Positions 37,040-47,821 of a stretch of DNA of 64,000 nucleotides are shown here, in pieces (position 1 is the first letter of the stretch; each line of letters begins with the position of its first letter). Under the pieces are notes generated by a model that was given only the letters and a program-made list of their open reading frames with translations, was not told the DNA's origin and made no database searches. The stretch comes from a plasmid, in the sequence record NZ_CP102839.1; one strand, written 5' to 3'. The translations under genes and the position numbers were made by a program.

Positions 37040-37573
37040 ATGGTTGATGCCCTGACGGCACTGGTCAACCTGGCCAGTGCGATCCACACCAGTGGTAACC
37101 GGTTCATCTTCGCCCTGGCTGTTGTGCTTGGCATTTATGGGGTGATGTTCGCACTGACCAAAGAGGCCCGACTGGCCCGCCAAGTGCCGGGCCACAACGG
37201 TACGGGAAAAATCATCGGCGTCGTCATTCTCGGCGGCATGCTGGTAGGGCTGTCCCAGATAATCAATGCCGGGGCCGCCCAGCTCGGCTGGTCTGATGTC
37301 ACCTTTGATGAGGTCTCGTATGTTTCCACCGACACCTTTGGTCAGGGTGCCGATGCGGCCAATGCCCTGTTGACGCTTCTCCAGACGCTGGGTATAGCCT
37401 ATGCACTGTCCGGCACACAGCGCATTAAACGTTCACTGAAAGACGGCCACACCGGTCTGTCAGCCGGTGAAGATGTGGGAACCGGCGCCGTGAAATTCAT
37501 TACCGGGGTGTTTCTTATCTGCGCCCCGACACTGCTCGATGCTATCCAGACCAGCCTCGGTCTGTCTCTCTAG
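37040..37573 (+). CDS. TraQ-like polytopic membrane protein
   Basis: 177 aa and hydrophobic. Confidence 0.45.
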   Translation: MVDALTALVNLASAIHTSGNRFIFALAVVLGIYGVMFALTKEARLARQVPGHNGTGKIIGVVILGGMLVGLSQIINAGAAQLGWSDVTFDEVSYVSTDTFGQGADAANALLTLLQTLGIAYALSGTQRIKRSLKDGHTGLSAGEDVGTGAVKFITGVFLICAPTLLDAIQTSLGLSL

Positions 37574-37628
37574 TCTGTCCTCCGCTCTCGCGGAACATTT
37601 AAACCAAAACTACCTGTAAGGAGACGTT

Positions 37629-38030
37629 ATGTCTGCAATCTTCGATCGTGTCTTAAAAGCTTCCATCACTGCACATGAGCTGCGCCATTCCATGAAACGT
37701 AAATTCACTGCCGGTATGGCAAGCCTGGTGGCGTTAACCCCGCTCAGCGCGCTGGCTGACGGTACCCTGACCGACATGGTTGATGAGGGTGCGAGCGGGA
37801 TGAGCGATGTGGAAAAAGACGCGCTGGTTTTCGCCGAAGGGGTCGGTGTACTGATCGTGTTTGCGACCATCATTGCCATGAAGAACAAGGAGAAAAGTCC
37901 GCACATCACCACCAAAGGCATCATTATCGGCTGGGTTGTCGGGATCTTCCTCATCGGGCTGGGTGAAATCGTTCGCCGTTCGCAGAGCCAGGTGGGCCTG
38001 ACCGAAGTCACCGTCGGTTCCGGTAGCTAA
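37629..38030 (+). CDS. TraR-like small membrane protein (IcmD-like)
   Basis: 133 aa with a signal/TM segment plus two further TM segments. Confidence 0.45.
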   Translation: MSAIFDRVLKASITAHELRHSMKRKFTAGMASLVALTPLSALADGTLTDMVDEGASGMSDVEKDALVFAEGVGVLIVFATIIAMKNKEKSPHITTKGIIIGWVVGIFLIGLGEIVRRSQSQVGLTEVTVGSGS

Positions 38031-38073
38031 TCATCACAACGGGCAGCCTTCGTGCTGCCCTCCGGAGGTCTCA

Positions 38074-38637
38074 GTGACACAAAAAGGTGTTGATGATGTC
38101 GCCTGGCTGGATGTCAGCGGTGATGACACGCCGCCCTCACCGGTTCAGGTAAATGCTGAATGTTGCTCACGGTGCCGGTGGCCCGCCCGGCGGCTTTTCC
38201 GGCTCCGTGAAGCAGAGAACGACGCGGTTTGTGCAGTCTGCTGGATAAGCCACAACCTGGACACGGCCTCAGCACACCAGGGCGACCTGTGCTGGTTACC
38301 GGGGCTTCATGCCGCCGACGTCGTGAACCTGCAACGGATCGCCTGTATCGCGACCATCGCCGGCAACAGTCACGCGAAAAAACAGGGGCAGCGGGTACTT
38401 CTATGGATGCGCCGCCACAAACGGGAAACCGAACGCGCCTGGGATACGTCCCGCCCGGCTGAATTTGCGGCAGTGATGTCACGCTTACACCCGGACGACC
38501 GGCGGGCATTCCGTCAGCGACTGGCAGGCTGTCATCTGGTCCTGCCGGCCACCGTGTTCAGCGATCTCACATTGCTGCTGCCTGCCGGCATGGACGCGGA
38601 CACCCTGCTGAACACTCTCACACTCCCCAGGCTGTAG
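38074..38637 (+). CDS. Cys-rich protein (IcmJ/DotN-like?)
   Basis: CCSRCRWP...CAVCW cysteine cluster in a roughly 190-aa protein lying before the DotO-like ATPase. Confidence 0.35.
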   Translation: MTQKGVDDVAWLDVSGDDTPPSPVQVNAECCSRCRWPARRLFRLREAENDAVCAVCWISHNLDTASAHQGDLCWLPGLHAADVVNLQRIACIATIAGNSHAKKQGQRVLLWMRRHKRETERAWDTSRPAEFAAVMSRLHPDDRRAFRQRLAGCHLVLPATVFSDLTLLLPAGMDADTLLNTLTLPRL

Positions 38638-38646
38638 GAGCTATAC

Positions 38647-41600
38647 ATGTCATTAATGAATGCGGTTGAAGATTTCATCACCTCGGTCAGCCGGCACACG
38701 GTTTCGAATGCCATGCCGGACTACTGCGACCTGCGGACCATCGTCAATCTGACGGAGTCAGATCGCAACTTCTATCCGGATATGCAGGTCCCCTTTATCG
38801 CCGTTACCGACGCCGGCCATTATGCCTCTACCTTTGAGGTACAGGGTGGCTTCTGTGAAATGGACGAGGACGCCCCCGCCAGTCAGAAATTCAGTTTTGA
38901 CGGGTTTATCAATAAAGTGGCTACGGCAATGGCCACGGATTTTAAATCGACGGGCCACAAAATCTCGATGGTGATGGAGAATGACCCCAACCAGGGCAAG
39001 GCGGAACTGAAGCGCCTGCTGGCACACCAGTACCGCTCCATTGCCCGCACCGGTGTGGGCATGGCGGACATTCTGGATGAAAAGATCGCCAAAATTTCCC
39101 CGTGGGTCAGCCGTGAACGCGTCTGGCTGACCTGCTGGACGGGGCGAGAAACCCTTTCGCCTCAGGAGCTGAAAGGCGACATGCGTCGGATCAGCGGACT
39201 CGTCAGTAAAGCGCCCGGCACGCAGTTTGGCCAGGTCCCCGCGTTCTCCGAACTGACAGGGCTGAAAATTCGCCATGACGCCTTTCTCAACACGATAAAA
39301 ACCGCCCTTTTTGACGGGGGGGATGGTCAGCTTATCGACCTGATGGATGTCCATCAGCTCGGTCGGGAAATTCGCCGCCAGGTGGACAGAAAGGGCACCG
39401 ATGAAACTTACCGGCCGGTACTGGCGTCCGATCGCGTCAGGCCTCACGGAAAACGTAACCGGGAAGACGCTTCACCGCTCTTCGCCCCCTGGCTGAACTA
39501 CCAGCTCATGGGCGTGGATGCCGACGCCGAAAACAACTTCATTAACATTAACGGCATGTGGCACGCCACGCTCTCCGTGTCGATGGGCCCGCAGCAGCTA
39601 TTAACCTTCGCCCAGCTGAAAGCCCGCATCCCCCGCTCCGTGCCGTACCGTATTCGCATGGACGTCATGCCGGGAGGACTGAAGAGTCTGTCGTGGAAAG
39701 GCACCCTGCTCACGTATACCGCTTATATCCCGCCACTGCGCCCCATCTGGGAAGCGGTGGAAGAACTGAAGAAGCGCGACAGTCACGATCCGGTCTGTGT
39801 GATGACGATAGTGGCTTCAACCTGGGGAGAAACGAAGGAAGAGGCAACGCTGAACCTCACCCTGCTGACCAAAGCGTTTCAGGGCTGGGGCGTCTGTGAG
39901 GTGACCAGTACGTTTGGTAATCCCTACCGTGCCTGGGCGTCAACGTTACTGGCGGCCCGGACCGGTGGTGGTCCACACAACCTGTATCCACCGCTGAAAG
40001 ATGCGCTCAGCCTGCTGCCGTTAAGCCGGCCCGCGTCAGCCTGGTCCGATGATGCCTCGATTGTTTTCCCGACCCCTGACGGCAAAATCATTCCGGTGGG
40101 GCTGGCGTCAGCTAAGCAGAATAAGCACACCGAGGTGATTGTCGGTGAACCCGGTTCGGGTAAGTCGCTCATCATGAACATGCTCAGCAATGCTATTGTG
40201 TGCAACGCCCAGCAAAAACTGCCCTTTATCGCGGTTGTCGATAAGGGCTACAGCGCCCAGGGACAAATCCAGCTTATCCGGGACAGCCTGCCCCCGGAAC
40301 GCAAGGATGAAGCCATCGGCTGGGCACTGCGCAATCACAGCGATCACTGCCGCAATATGTTTGACATCCAGCTGGGTGCCCGTTACCCCATCGCCCCGGA
40401 ACTAACCTGGATGAAAAGCATGCTGACCGCGATGTGTATTGACTCCAACACCGGTCTGCCGCCTAACTCCCGCGATATCGACGTCCTGCTGGAGCGGGTG
40501 ATTACGATGGCCTATCGCGATAAGGATGAAACCAGCCCCAATAAGTTTTCAGACGGCGCATCGCCGGAGATCACCCGGGCGTTAAAAGCGTCCGGCCTCT
40601 GGACCCGGTATGACGAGGAATGGTGGGACGACTGTCCCTGGTATGACGTCCGCGACATGCTGTTCAGCGCCGGCTACGTGAAAGAGGCCCAGCTGGCACA
40701 GTTCCTCGCCGTACCGGAACTCTCCGACATGAGCGAGTACATCAACAGCCCGGAGATCAAAGCGAGCTTCGGCAACGTCTGTCGTGATAACTCCCAGGAG
40801 CTGCTGACAGAGTATGTCGCCCGCGTGATCGGCCAGGCTTGTAACACTTATAAAATGCTGGCCGGCCGGACCCGGTTCATTATTAACCCGGCCACCCGCA
40901 TTATTGCCATCGACCTGAATAATGTCGTCGGGGATAAAAGTGCCGAAGGGCAGTTGCGTACTGGCATCATGTACCTCTTCGCCGGCCAGGTGAGCGGCGG
41001 AGACTTCATCCTGCCGCAGTACCGTAAAGAGCTGATGGCCGCGGTACCGGAGATGTACCGGCCGATGCACATGGAAAAACTGGATCAGCTTGACCAGGAA
41101 GTGAAGTCGAAATACTACGACGAACTCCACAACGCTTCGGACGTGCCGTTCATCTTCCCGATGCTGGAAACGCAGGACCGTGAACAGCGTAAATTTGGTA
41201 TCCGTACCGTGTTGTGCTCACAGTACCTGACCGACTTCCCTGACACGATCCTGAAATCGGCCAACTCGGTGTATCTCATGCACTGCCGCCCCGAAGATGA
41301 GCGGGCGCTTGTCGATCACTTCCAGGTACCGGAAGTCACCATCCGGAAGTTCATGCAAATACCGAAAGGCCCGGCCGCTGATGGCAGCGGGACGAGCTTT
41401 CTTGCCGTATTCCGCACGAAAGCCGGTCGCATCGCCCACATTCTGAAAAACACCGCGGGCCCGAAAGAACTCTGGGCGCTGAGTTCATCGCCGGGCGACA
41501 CCGCCCTTCGGGATTATCTGTATGAGGAACTGGATGGCGCCACCGCGCGCGACATTCTGGCGGAAAACTTTGAGCACGGTTCGGCTCAGCGTGTCATTGA

Positions 41601-41694
41601 ATTCCGTCGCAAGAAGGCCGGCGAACAGGACGCCGGGAACGTCACCCGCCATCTCGCCCGGGAAATTATCGAAAAACGCGGTTACCGCCTCTGA
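38647..41694 (+). CDS. traU: DotO/IcmB/TraU-like VirB4-family ATPase
   Basis: 1015 aa. Walker A VIVGEPGSGKS. Length matches R64 TraU. Confidence 0.85.
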   Translation: MSLMNAVEDFITSVSRHTVSNAMPDYCDLRTIVNLTESDRNFYPDMQVPFIAVTDAGHYASTFEVQGGFCEMDEDAPASQKFSFDGFINKVATAMATDFKSTGHKISMVMENDPNQGKAELKRLLAHQYRSIARTGVGMADILDEKIAKISPWVSRERVWLTCWTGRETLSPQELKGDMRRISGLVSKAPGTQFGQVPAFSELTGLKIRHDAFLNTIKTALFDGGDGQLIDLMDVHQLGREIRRQVDRKGTDETYRPVLASDRVRPHGKRNREDASPLFAPWLNYQLMGVDADAENNFININGMWHATLSVSMGPQQLLTFAQLKARIPRSVPYRIRMDVMPGGLKSLSWKGTLLTYTAYIPPLRPIWEAVEELKKRDSHDPVCVMTIVASTWGETKEEATLNLTLLTKAFQGWGVCEVTSTFGNPYRAWASTLLAARTGGGPHNLYPPLKDALSLLPLSRPASAWSDDASIVFPTPDGKIIPVGLASAKQNKHTEVIVGEPGSGKSLIMNMLSNAIVCNAQQKLPFIAVVDKGYSAQGQIQLIRDSLPPERKDEAIGWALRNHSDHCRNMFDIQLGARYPIAPELTWMKSMLTAMCIDSNTGLPPNSRDIDVLLERVITMAYRDKDETSPNKFSDGASPEITRALKASGLWTRYDEEWWDDCPWYDVRDMLFSAGYVKEAQLAQFLAVPELSDMSEYINSPEIKASFGNVCRDNSQELLTEYVARVIGQACNTYKMLAGRTRFIINPATRIIAIDLNNVVGDKSAEGQLRTGIMYLFAGQVSGGDFILPQYRKELMAAVPEMYRPMHMEKLDQLDQEVKSKYYDELHNASDVPFIFPMLETQDREQRKFGIRTVLCSQYLTDFPDTILKSANSVYLMHCRPEDERALVDHFQVPEVTIRKFMQIPKGPAADGSGTSFLAVFRTKAGRIAHILKNTAGPKELWALSSSPGDTALRDYLYEELDGATARDILAENFEHGSAQRVIEFRRKKAGEQDAGNVTRHLAREIIEKRGYRL

Positions 41695-41703
41695 GGTGAA
41701 TCC

Positions 41704-42900
41704 ATGAAACGAAAACTTTTAGCCGCCGCATTGTCCATCGCATGCGGACAGGCTCTTGCTGCCTACCCGGTTAGCGTTGTTTCCAGTGTGCCGATCACAA
41801 GCCAGGTTGTGCCCCATCTGACAACGATGCAAACCACGCTGGCAGAAATCCTGACCACCAACACGGAAATCGGCAGCGCCATTACCCAGGCGAGCGATAA
41901 AAACACGGCGACCCTGACAGAAGGCTTCCAGGCACAACGTCAGGCGGACAATTTCGGCCGTGAAACCGAACGTCTGGAAAAGGCACGCGCCAGCTTTAGC
42001 GTGCCGGACAGCATCTGCAGCGAATCGGCGTCCGGCGTGGCGCATCAGGTTCATAATACTGCCCGGGCCACCGCGTCCTCTCTGGCGTCAGGAAGCGGGA
42101 TCAGCAACTCGGCCATTCAGAAAGCCGTGGCTTCCGCGCCGGTTCTCCCCGCGCAGGATGATTACCGCAGCGCCGCCATTCACGCGAATTACTGCACCAG
42201 TGCCGAATACGCGGTGTATGGCGGCACCGCGCTGTGCCAGTCGGTGTCCTCCGACATGCCTGGCGGTGACATCCAGGTCCAGTCGCTCTATGACGGTGCC
42301 GGCGCCGCGGGTAAAGAGCCGGAACTCACCTTCAGTGATGACCAGATCGATGCCGGGATGGCGTACATGCGGAACAGCGCGAAACACAGTCCCGGGCGCA
42401 CGCTCGGCAAGGGAGAAATCAAGAATGAAACCGGCTGGCAGTACCAGGGCCTGCTGACGCAGTACAAGGCGATTCAGAGTGCCGCCCAGCAACCGCAGTT
42501 ATCGATGATTGCGGACAGTAAACCCAACAGCAGCACGACCACCGCGCTGAAAGAAGCGCTGGAAAATGCATCCGCCAGGTCGTATTTCGATGACACCGCG
42601 TCAGATCTGGCCAAAAGTAACTACCAGATGTCAGCCCGCGAGTTTGAAAGTTTCGAAGTCGGCCGCCGGTATGCCAATACCGATTACCAGGAAGACCTGC
42701 AGGCAATGGATGGCGATAACCTGATGCGCGAACTGATCCGGGTACAGTCACTGTCAAATTATCTGCAGCTCGGCATTAAGAACCAGCTCAGGGAAAGCAA
42801 CATTATCGCCGGCCAGCAACTCGCCCTGGCGGCTGACCGGGAATATCGCCCGCAGCTGCAGGCACTGATGCAGGAAATCAGCGGAGGCGTCGCCAAATGA
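41704..42900 (+). CDS. lipoprotein (TraW-like)
   Basis: MKRKLLAAALSIACGQALA lipobox. 398 aa. Confidence 0.5.
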   Translation: MKRKLLAAALSIACGQALAAYPVSVVSSVPITSQVVPHLTTMQTTLAEILTTNTEIGSAITQASDKNTATLTEGFQAQRQADNFGRETERLEKARASFSVPDSICSESASGVAHQVHNTARATASSLASGSGISNSAIQKAVASAPVLPAQDDYRSAAIHANYCTSAEYAVYGGTALCQSVSSDMPGGDIQVQSLYDGAGAAGKEPELTFSDDQIDAGMAYMRNSAKHSPGRTLGKGEIKNETGWQYQGLLTQYKAIQSAAQQPQLSMIADSKPNSSTTTALKEALENASARSYFDDTASDLAKSNYQMSAREFESFEVGRRYANTDYQEDLQAMDGDNLMRELIRVQSLSNYLQLGIKNQLRESNIIAGQQLALAADREYRPQLQALMQEISGGVAK

Positions 42901-43478
42901 CACACAATGCCCATGATGACCAGACCGAAGCGGCCGGACAGGCGCCGCGTTCAACGGCAGTAAAAAGGGCCCGCAAGGCCCTTTCCTTGTCGGTCTCGAT
43001 TTTTACGCCCATTAACGACATGCGCCGTATGGGGTCGGACGTCAGCCAGTCCGTGAAGACCAGTATCTCCCGGCTGAAGGCCTTCCGGCGTCAGGCGCGC
43101 GAGGAAAAACGCGAGAAGCTGACATTTGAACAGGCTGTCCAGGCCAGTGGCTACAGTCTGCCGCAGCTGCTGTGGAAGTATCGTTTTCTCAAGCGACTGT
43201 GGTGGGTGGTCGCCGGACTGTTCCTGGTCCTGACGCCCGTACTGATGAGTATGATATTGCTGACGGCGTCCACCCTGCCCCCGATGACGTTCTGGCGGGC
43301 GATTATTTTTGTGGTGATCTTCGCTGCGCTGGCCAGTCTGGCGGCACTGAAAGTGGTGATATGTCAGTACCGCCTCTGGCAGCTGCAGCAACGCCGCGTC
43401 AGTGACGAAGAAGGCGGACGCTTCAGCGATTTCCTCCACCACGCACACTGGATCAAAGACGCCCTGAACCCTGTCTGA
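42897..43478 (+). CDS. membrane protein (TraX-like)
   Basis: 193 aa with two TM segments. Overlaps the previous stop. Confidence 0.4.
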   Translation: MTHNAHDDQTEAAGQAPRSTAVKRARKALSLSVSIFTPINDMRRMGSDVSQSVKTSISRLKAFRRQAREEKREKLTFEQAVQASGYSLPQLLWKYRFLKRLWWVVAGLFLVLTPVLMSMILLTASTLPPMTFWRAIIFVVIFAALASLAALKVVICQYRLWQLQQRRVSDEEGGRFSDFLHHAHWIKDALNPV

Positions 43479-43519
43479 ACGGGTCCCTCTGTTCTTACTC
43501 ATTTACGCGCAGGCTTTCT

Positions 43520-45664
43520 ATGAAACTATTTAAGCAGCCCCTGCAGGGTCTGTTGCTGCTGCTCATCTCGTTGCCGGCCCTGGCCGATGACGTGACGTAC
43601 AGCACCATTCGTGACGCTGCTGAAAATTCAAGTGACCTCTCCCGCCAGGCGTTGGTTACCATCTTTGGCGACGTGGTGACGTCGCCCTTTACTTCAACGG
43701 ATACCACCGTCATCGGTTCCCTGTTCGGCATCCTGAACGGCGTTATCTGTGCCATTGCTCTGTTCTGGTTTCTGACTGTCACCCTCAAAAGCATTGTCAA
43801 AGCGGGTAATGCCGGCAAAGTCTTCGGCAGTACGCGCACCGCGATGGCGCCCCTCATGTCCTTTGTCGGGTTCATCACTCTGGTACCGACAACGAGCGGC
43901 TGGTCGCTTTCGCAGCTGGTCATGCTCTGGGCGGCCTCCATCATGGGGGTGGGCGGCGCCAACCTGCTGACAAACAAAGCTGTGGATATGATGGATGACG
44001 GGTATTCACTGGTCACGCAACCCGTCGCCAGCTCGACGCGGGATGCAGCCCAGCAGATTTTTGAGATGAACCTGTGCAAGTATGCCATCAACGAACAGCT
44101 CAGCGGCTTCTACGACGATGCCGGCTCGGCGAGCACGTCAGAGATGAGCACCTCCGGCAGTGACGGCAGTTATGAAACCAGCAACGGCAGCGCCTATTGT
44201 GGGACCGCGAAAATCCCCACGACCACGCGCAGCAGCAGCTGGTCGGTCTTGTTTGATTCCGATGTGGATACTGACGCCATCGTCAGCGCACAGAAGTCCG
44301 CACTGGATACCATGCAGACGACCCTCGACAGCGCCGCACAGACGTTTGTCAGTACCTATATCAGCAAACGTGATGATGACTCCGGTACGCTGACCGATGC
44401 CGAAACCACCATCCAGAATGCAGCAACCGCCTATGAGAACACCATTAACTCCGCGCTCAATCAGATTGACTATGAAGACACCCTGCAGAGCAGTCTGACC
44501 AGCAACATGAAAACCTACGGCTGGATCGCCCTGGGTGCCTGGTATCAGACGTTTGCGACCGCGAACGCCAAGACCTCCGACGTAGGTAAATCAGCACCGA
44601 CCGTCAGCGGGCCGACAGGACTGGGGGAAATGGGCAACACCGACCTCTACCAGCAGGTGTTCGCTGCCTACAACGCCCAGCTGCAGAACAGCAGCTACAC
44701 TGCAGCACTCGGCACCCAGACCAGCAAGAAAGACATCGAAACGGGGCGGGCAAAAGATCCGAAATCGGTGTTCGTCGGGCTGTTTAACAGCCCGATGCAA
44801 AAATTGACCAACTATATTGCGACGAAAAATATCGGACAAACCGATAACAGCAGTGAACAGGTTAATCCATTGCTTAAGATGAAAGCCATCGGGGACTACA
44901 CCCTAGACACGGTCGGCACGGCCCTGACGGCCTATGTGACCATTCAGGGGTCGATTGCATGGAGCGGTAATAATATCGTGGGACGAATCACGAACGGACT
45001 GACCGGCTGGAAAGCTACAGTCGCGGCGGTGGTGCAGGCGCTGTCCCCTCCGTTCTACTTCCTGCTGCTGATCCTGTTCTCGGCGGGCTTCAGCCTGTCT
45101 GTGTTGCTGCCGGCGATCCCGTTCATCTACTGGATGACCGGCGTTCTGAACTGGTCCGTCAGCGTGCTGGTTGGCTGTGCCGCCGGCCCGATGTGGTCCG
45201 CCACGCACCTGGGCACCGAAGAGGATCGGGGAAGCCGCGCGGCCTACGGCTATGTCTTTCTTATCGACATGATGCTGCGCCCCAGCCTGATGGTGCTGGC
45301 CTTCTTTTTTGCCTCTGTAGCTATCGTGGCGGCCGGTACGATCCTGAACCTGCTGTTTGCCTCGGCACTGGCCAACGCACAGATTGACTCCTGGACCGGC
45401 CTGTTTACCGCCGTCGGTTGGCTGCTTATCTATGCCAGGATTTGCACCACCGTGGCCACCAAGGTGTTCTCGATGCTGGTCGTCATTCCGGATTACGTCA
45501 TCGGCTTCCTGGGCGGGCGTGAAGGGGCCTCACTGTTCAGCGGCCTGAGCGATTCGGTCTCGAATATCTTTGCCGGCGTCGGGCGTACGGTTAACCCTGG
45601 CCGTATCCCGGGAATGGATGCTAAAGAGCGTACTCCCGGGGACAAAAATGGATTTAAGGGGTGA
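43520..45664 (+). CDS. traY: DotA/TraY-like polytopic inner-membrane protein
   Basis: 714 aa. Signal peptide, a large Ser/Thr-rich periplasmic domain and multiple C-terminal TM segments. Confidence 0.55.
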   Translation: MKLFKQPLQGLLLLLISLPALADDVTYSTIRDAAENSSDLSRQALVTIFGDVVTSPFTSTDTTVIGSLFGILNGVICAIALFWFLTVTLKSIVKAGNAGKVFGSTRTAMAPLMSFVGFITLVPTTSGWSLSQLVMLWAASIMGVGGANLLTNKAVDMMDDGYSLVTQPVASSTRDAAQQIFEMNLCKYAINEQLSGFYDDAGSASTSEMSTSGSDGSYETSNGSAYCGTAKIPTTTRSSSWSVLFDSDVDTDAIVSAQKSALDTMQTTLDSAAQTFVSTYISKRDDDSGTLTDAETTIQNAATAYENTINSALNQIDYEDTLQSSLTSNMKTYGWIALGAWYQTFATANAKTSDVGKSAPTVSGPTGLGEMGNTDLYQQVFAAYNAQLQNSSYTAALGTQTSKKDIETGRAKDPKSVFVGLFNSPMQKLTNYIATKNIGQTDNSSEQVNPLLKMKAIGDYTLDTVGTALTAYVTIQGSIAWSGNNIVGRITNGLTGWKATVAAVVQALSPPFYFLLLILFSAGFSLSVLLPAIPFIYWMTGVLNWSVSVLVGCAAGPMWSATHLGTEEDRGSRAAYGYVFLIDMMLRPSLMVLAFFFASVAIVAAGTILNLLFASALANAQIDSWTGLFTAVGWLLIYARICTTVATKVFSMLVVIPDYVIGFLGGREGASLFSGLSDSVSNIFAGVGRTVNPGRIPGMDAKERTPGDKNGFKG

Positions 45665-45729
45665 GAAACTTACTCAGGATCAACAGGTTATGATATAATT
45701 TAACCATGAATTAACAATGAGGACTGCTT

Positions 45730-46353
45730 ATGGCAAGCCAGCGGGAACGTACCGGCATGGAGACCTTCGTGTCACTGTTAAAATTCTGGGCCGCGATGAT
45801 TTATCTCCCGATATGCCTGTTTTTTGCCTTCTTCCACACGATTTCTTCAGAAGATGGTGATGGGGAAATAGCGCTAATATTTTGGGCTCTTTTTGTCGCA
45901 CCGTTCATCATTCGGCAGTTTACCCTGCAAAAACGCCGCCGCGCCCTGAACAGCGTGGTGGAGGCCGTCAGTGGTGAGGAGTTTATGCCGCAGAAAGGGA
46001 ACGTCATCATCTCGGGCAACCGGACCTATCTGGGTGTGGATGCCATCCGGGGAACCCTGCTCTACGTCAGTATGCGCCGCAAGGGAGAATACGATGTGAT
46101 GGGGATGGACATGTCCAGCTGGACGCGGGTGGCGTATAAGGGCGATGTCATCACCCTCAAAACCAAAAACCCGGAACTCCCCAGCGTCAGCGTCGATGCA
46201 CCGGGCGGTGAGAAATATTCTGCCGCGCTGTATGACGTCATCTGTGCGATGGAGCACCGGCAGTATGCCGACCTGCAGTTCCCTCAGAAGGCCCATGAGC
46301 GTGCCCGTACCGCCCGCAAAGAGACCGGTCTGACGGTGTTCAGCTACACCTGA
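45730..46353 (+). CDS. putative entry-exclusion protein (ExcA-like position)
   Basis: 207 aa with two N-terminal TM segments. Lies between traY and trbA, as excA does in R64. Confidence 0.4.
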   Translation: MASQRERTGMETFVSLLKFWAAMIYLPICLFFAFFHTISSEDGDGEIALIFWALFVAPFIIRQFTLQKRRRALNSVVEAVSGEEFMPQKGNVIISGNRTYLGVDAIRGTLLYVSMRRKGEYDVMGMDMSSWTRVAYKGDVITLKTKNPELPSVSVDAPGGEKYSAALYDVICAMEHRQYADLQFPQKAHERARTARKETGLTVFSYT

Positions 46354-46454
46354 TACCCCGTCGCGTTAACGTCCCCTCTGCCATACCGCCCCCGGTTCCC
46401 GGGGGCTTTCAGTTTCTGCATCTCTGATCCGCTTATCGTGTTAATGAGGTCCCT

Positions 46455-47774
46455 ATGTCTCAGAACCGTCAGGCCACTTCCGGCCATGATGACGCCTACG
46501 GCTTTCTGCTGATCCCTGCCGCCCTCGTGATTATCTGCTGGCTGTGGTTCAGTAAATTTGTATGGGTATCGTGCCTGCTGCTCTACTGGCTCTGGGGGAT
46601 GGTCGATTTTCAGCGTATCCATCCCTGGGTCGCGGAAAAAATCAACCTGCTGGCCCGTACCGGCAATCACGCCCAGTCTATCTCCTGGCATGACTGGTTC
46701 GCCGTGATGAATGAAACGTCCGGCATCCTGCTGATTTTTCTTCTCCCCATCGCCATCAGTGCGCTGGTCGGCATCAAAAACCATCCGTCCCGGCCCATGA
46801 AGAGCAAGCGTATCGTCAATATCCACACGCTGCCGCAGATCATGAGCAAATGGTCGCCGGCCATTGTGCCGGTGCTGGCAGAAAGCCGGTCGCCGGACCT
46901 GTTAATGAACGATGACGGCCCGGAACGCCGCTGGGCGGAAAAACCGGAAGAGTTCGCCGCCAGGCATGGTCTTATCGCCTCGCGCATACTGGACCGGGAA
47001 AAAGCCCGTGACGTTTTTATCTCTCAGCTGGGTACACGGTTGTCTGCCTCTCCGGACACATTGCAGGATTATGAGAAAGCCCTGTTTGCCGTGTTCGGCC
47101 TGCAGGTGTTGATGAATGACCGTAAGGCTGCCAAAAAACTGCTGGATGATCTGAACCGCAGCTGCCTCCCGCGCAACCGTAAAGAACGTAAGCGCACGAA
47201 AAATCTGTACCGTCCTGATTTTTCCCGAGCAGAAAAAGCCTTTCTGACGGTCTGGCAGGCGGAGGGGATGAAAGAAATCCATGCCACACACCAGTACGTC
47301 AGAACGGCTCTCAGCGGCCTGCTGGGCCACGATATTCGCCTACCGCCGTCACAGTATCTCTGGCTGAAGCCCATCGATCGCACGCTCTGGTATGCCCTGC
47401 ACGGTGCCGATACCGCCAGCGTGTTTGTGGAGGGGGCAGGCGTCATTGCTCAGACGCGTTTTGAAATCGTGGTACGAAAAGAGAAGCTGCCATTGCAGAT
47501 CGATTATGTCGAATCCGCCATCGACGGGCTGCAGTACGAGCTGGAAGGGCTGGGTCTGGTGCATGAGCGACGCGTGAAAAAAACCGAACGCCGGAAGAAA
47601 GCACCTGACTGGTTACCCCCGACGCTCAGCCAGGACAGCTTTACTGACCTCCAGGGCGATGAACCGGAACCTGCAGAAGCAGAACAGCCTGAAGATAATG
47701 CTGCTGCAGCGGAGGCGCATCCCGACCAGGACGCCGGGAGACACACCGGGCCGTCCACTCCCCCCCCTCACTGA
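46455..47774 (+). CDS. trbA: TrbA/DotM-like inner-membrane protein
   Basis: 439 aa. N-terminal TM hairpin. Lies upstream of trbB/trbC. Confidence 0.5.
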   Translation: MSQNRQATSGHDDAYGFLLIPAALVIICWLWFSKFVWVSCLLLYWLWGMVDFQRIHPWVAEKINLLARTGNHAQSISWHDWFAVMNETSGILLIFLLPIAISALVGIKNHPSRPMKSKRIVNIHTLPQIMSKWSPAIVPVLAESRSPDLLMNDDGPERRWAEKPEEFAARHGLIASRILDREKARDVFISQLGTRLSASPDTLQDYEKALFAVFGLQVLMNDRKAAKKLLDDLNRSCLPRNRKERKRTKNLYRPDFSRAEKAFLTVWQAEGMKEIHATHQYVRTALSGLLGHDIRLPPSQYLWLKPIDRTLWYALHGADTASVFVEGAGVIAQTRFEIVVRKEKLPLQIDYVESAIDGLQYELEGLGLVHERRVKKTERRKKAPDWLPPTLSQDSFTDLQGDEPEPAEAEQPEDNAAAAEAHPDQDAGRHTGPSTPPPH

Positions 47775-47821
47775 TACCGCCTCAGCTGCCGTATCGACCG
47801 TTACCACACCTCACGTATCAC

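Noticed and set aside
38758-39447. 229-aa minus-strand ORF
   Set aside because: It is antisense within the traU/DotO ATPase gene.
42951-44091. 183-aa and 198-aa minus-strand ORFs
   Set aside because: They are antisense to the traX-like and traY genes. The composition is R/G-rich noise.
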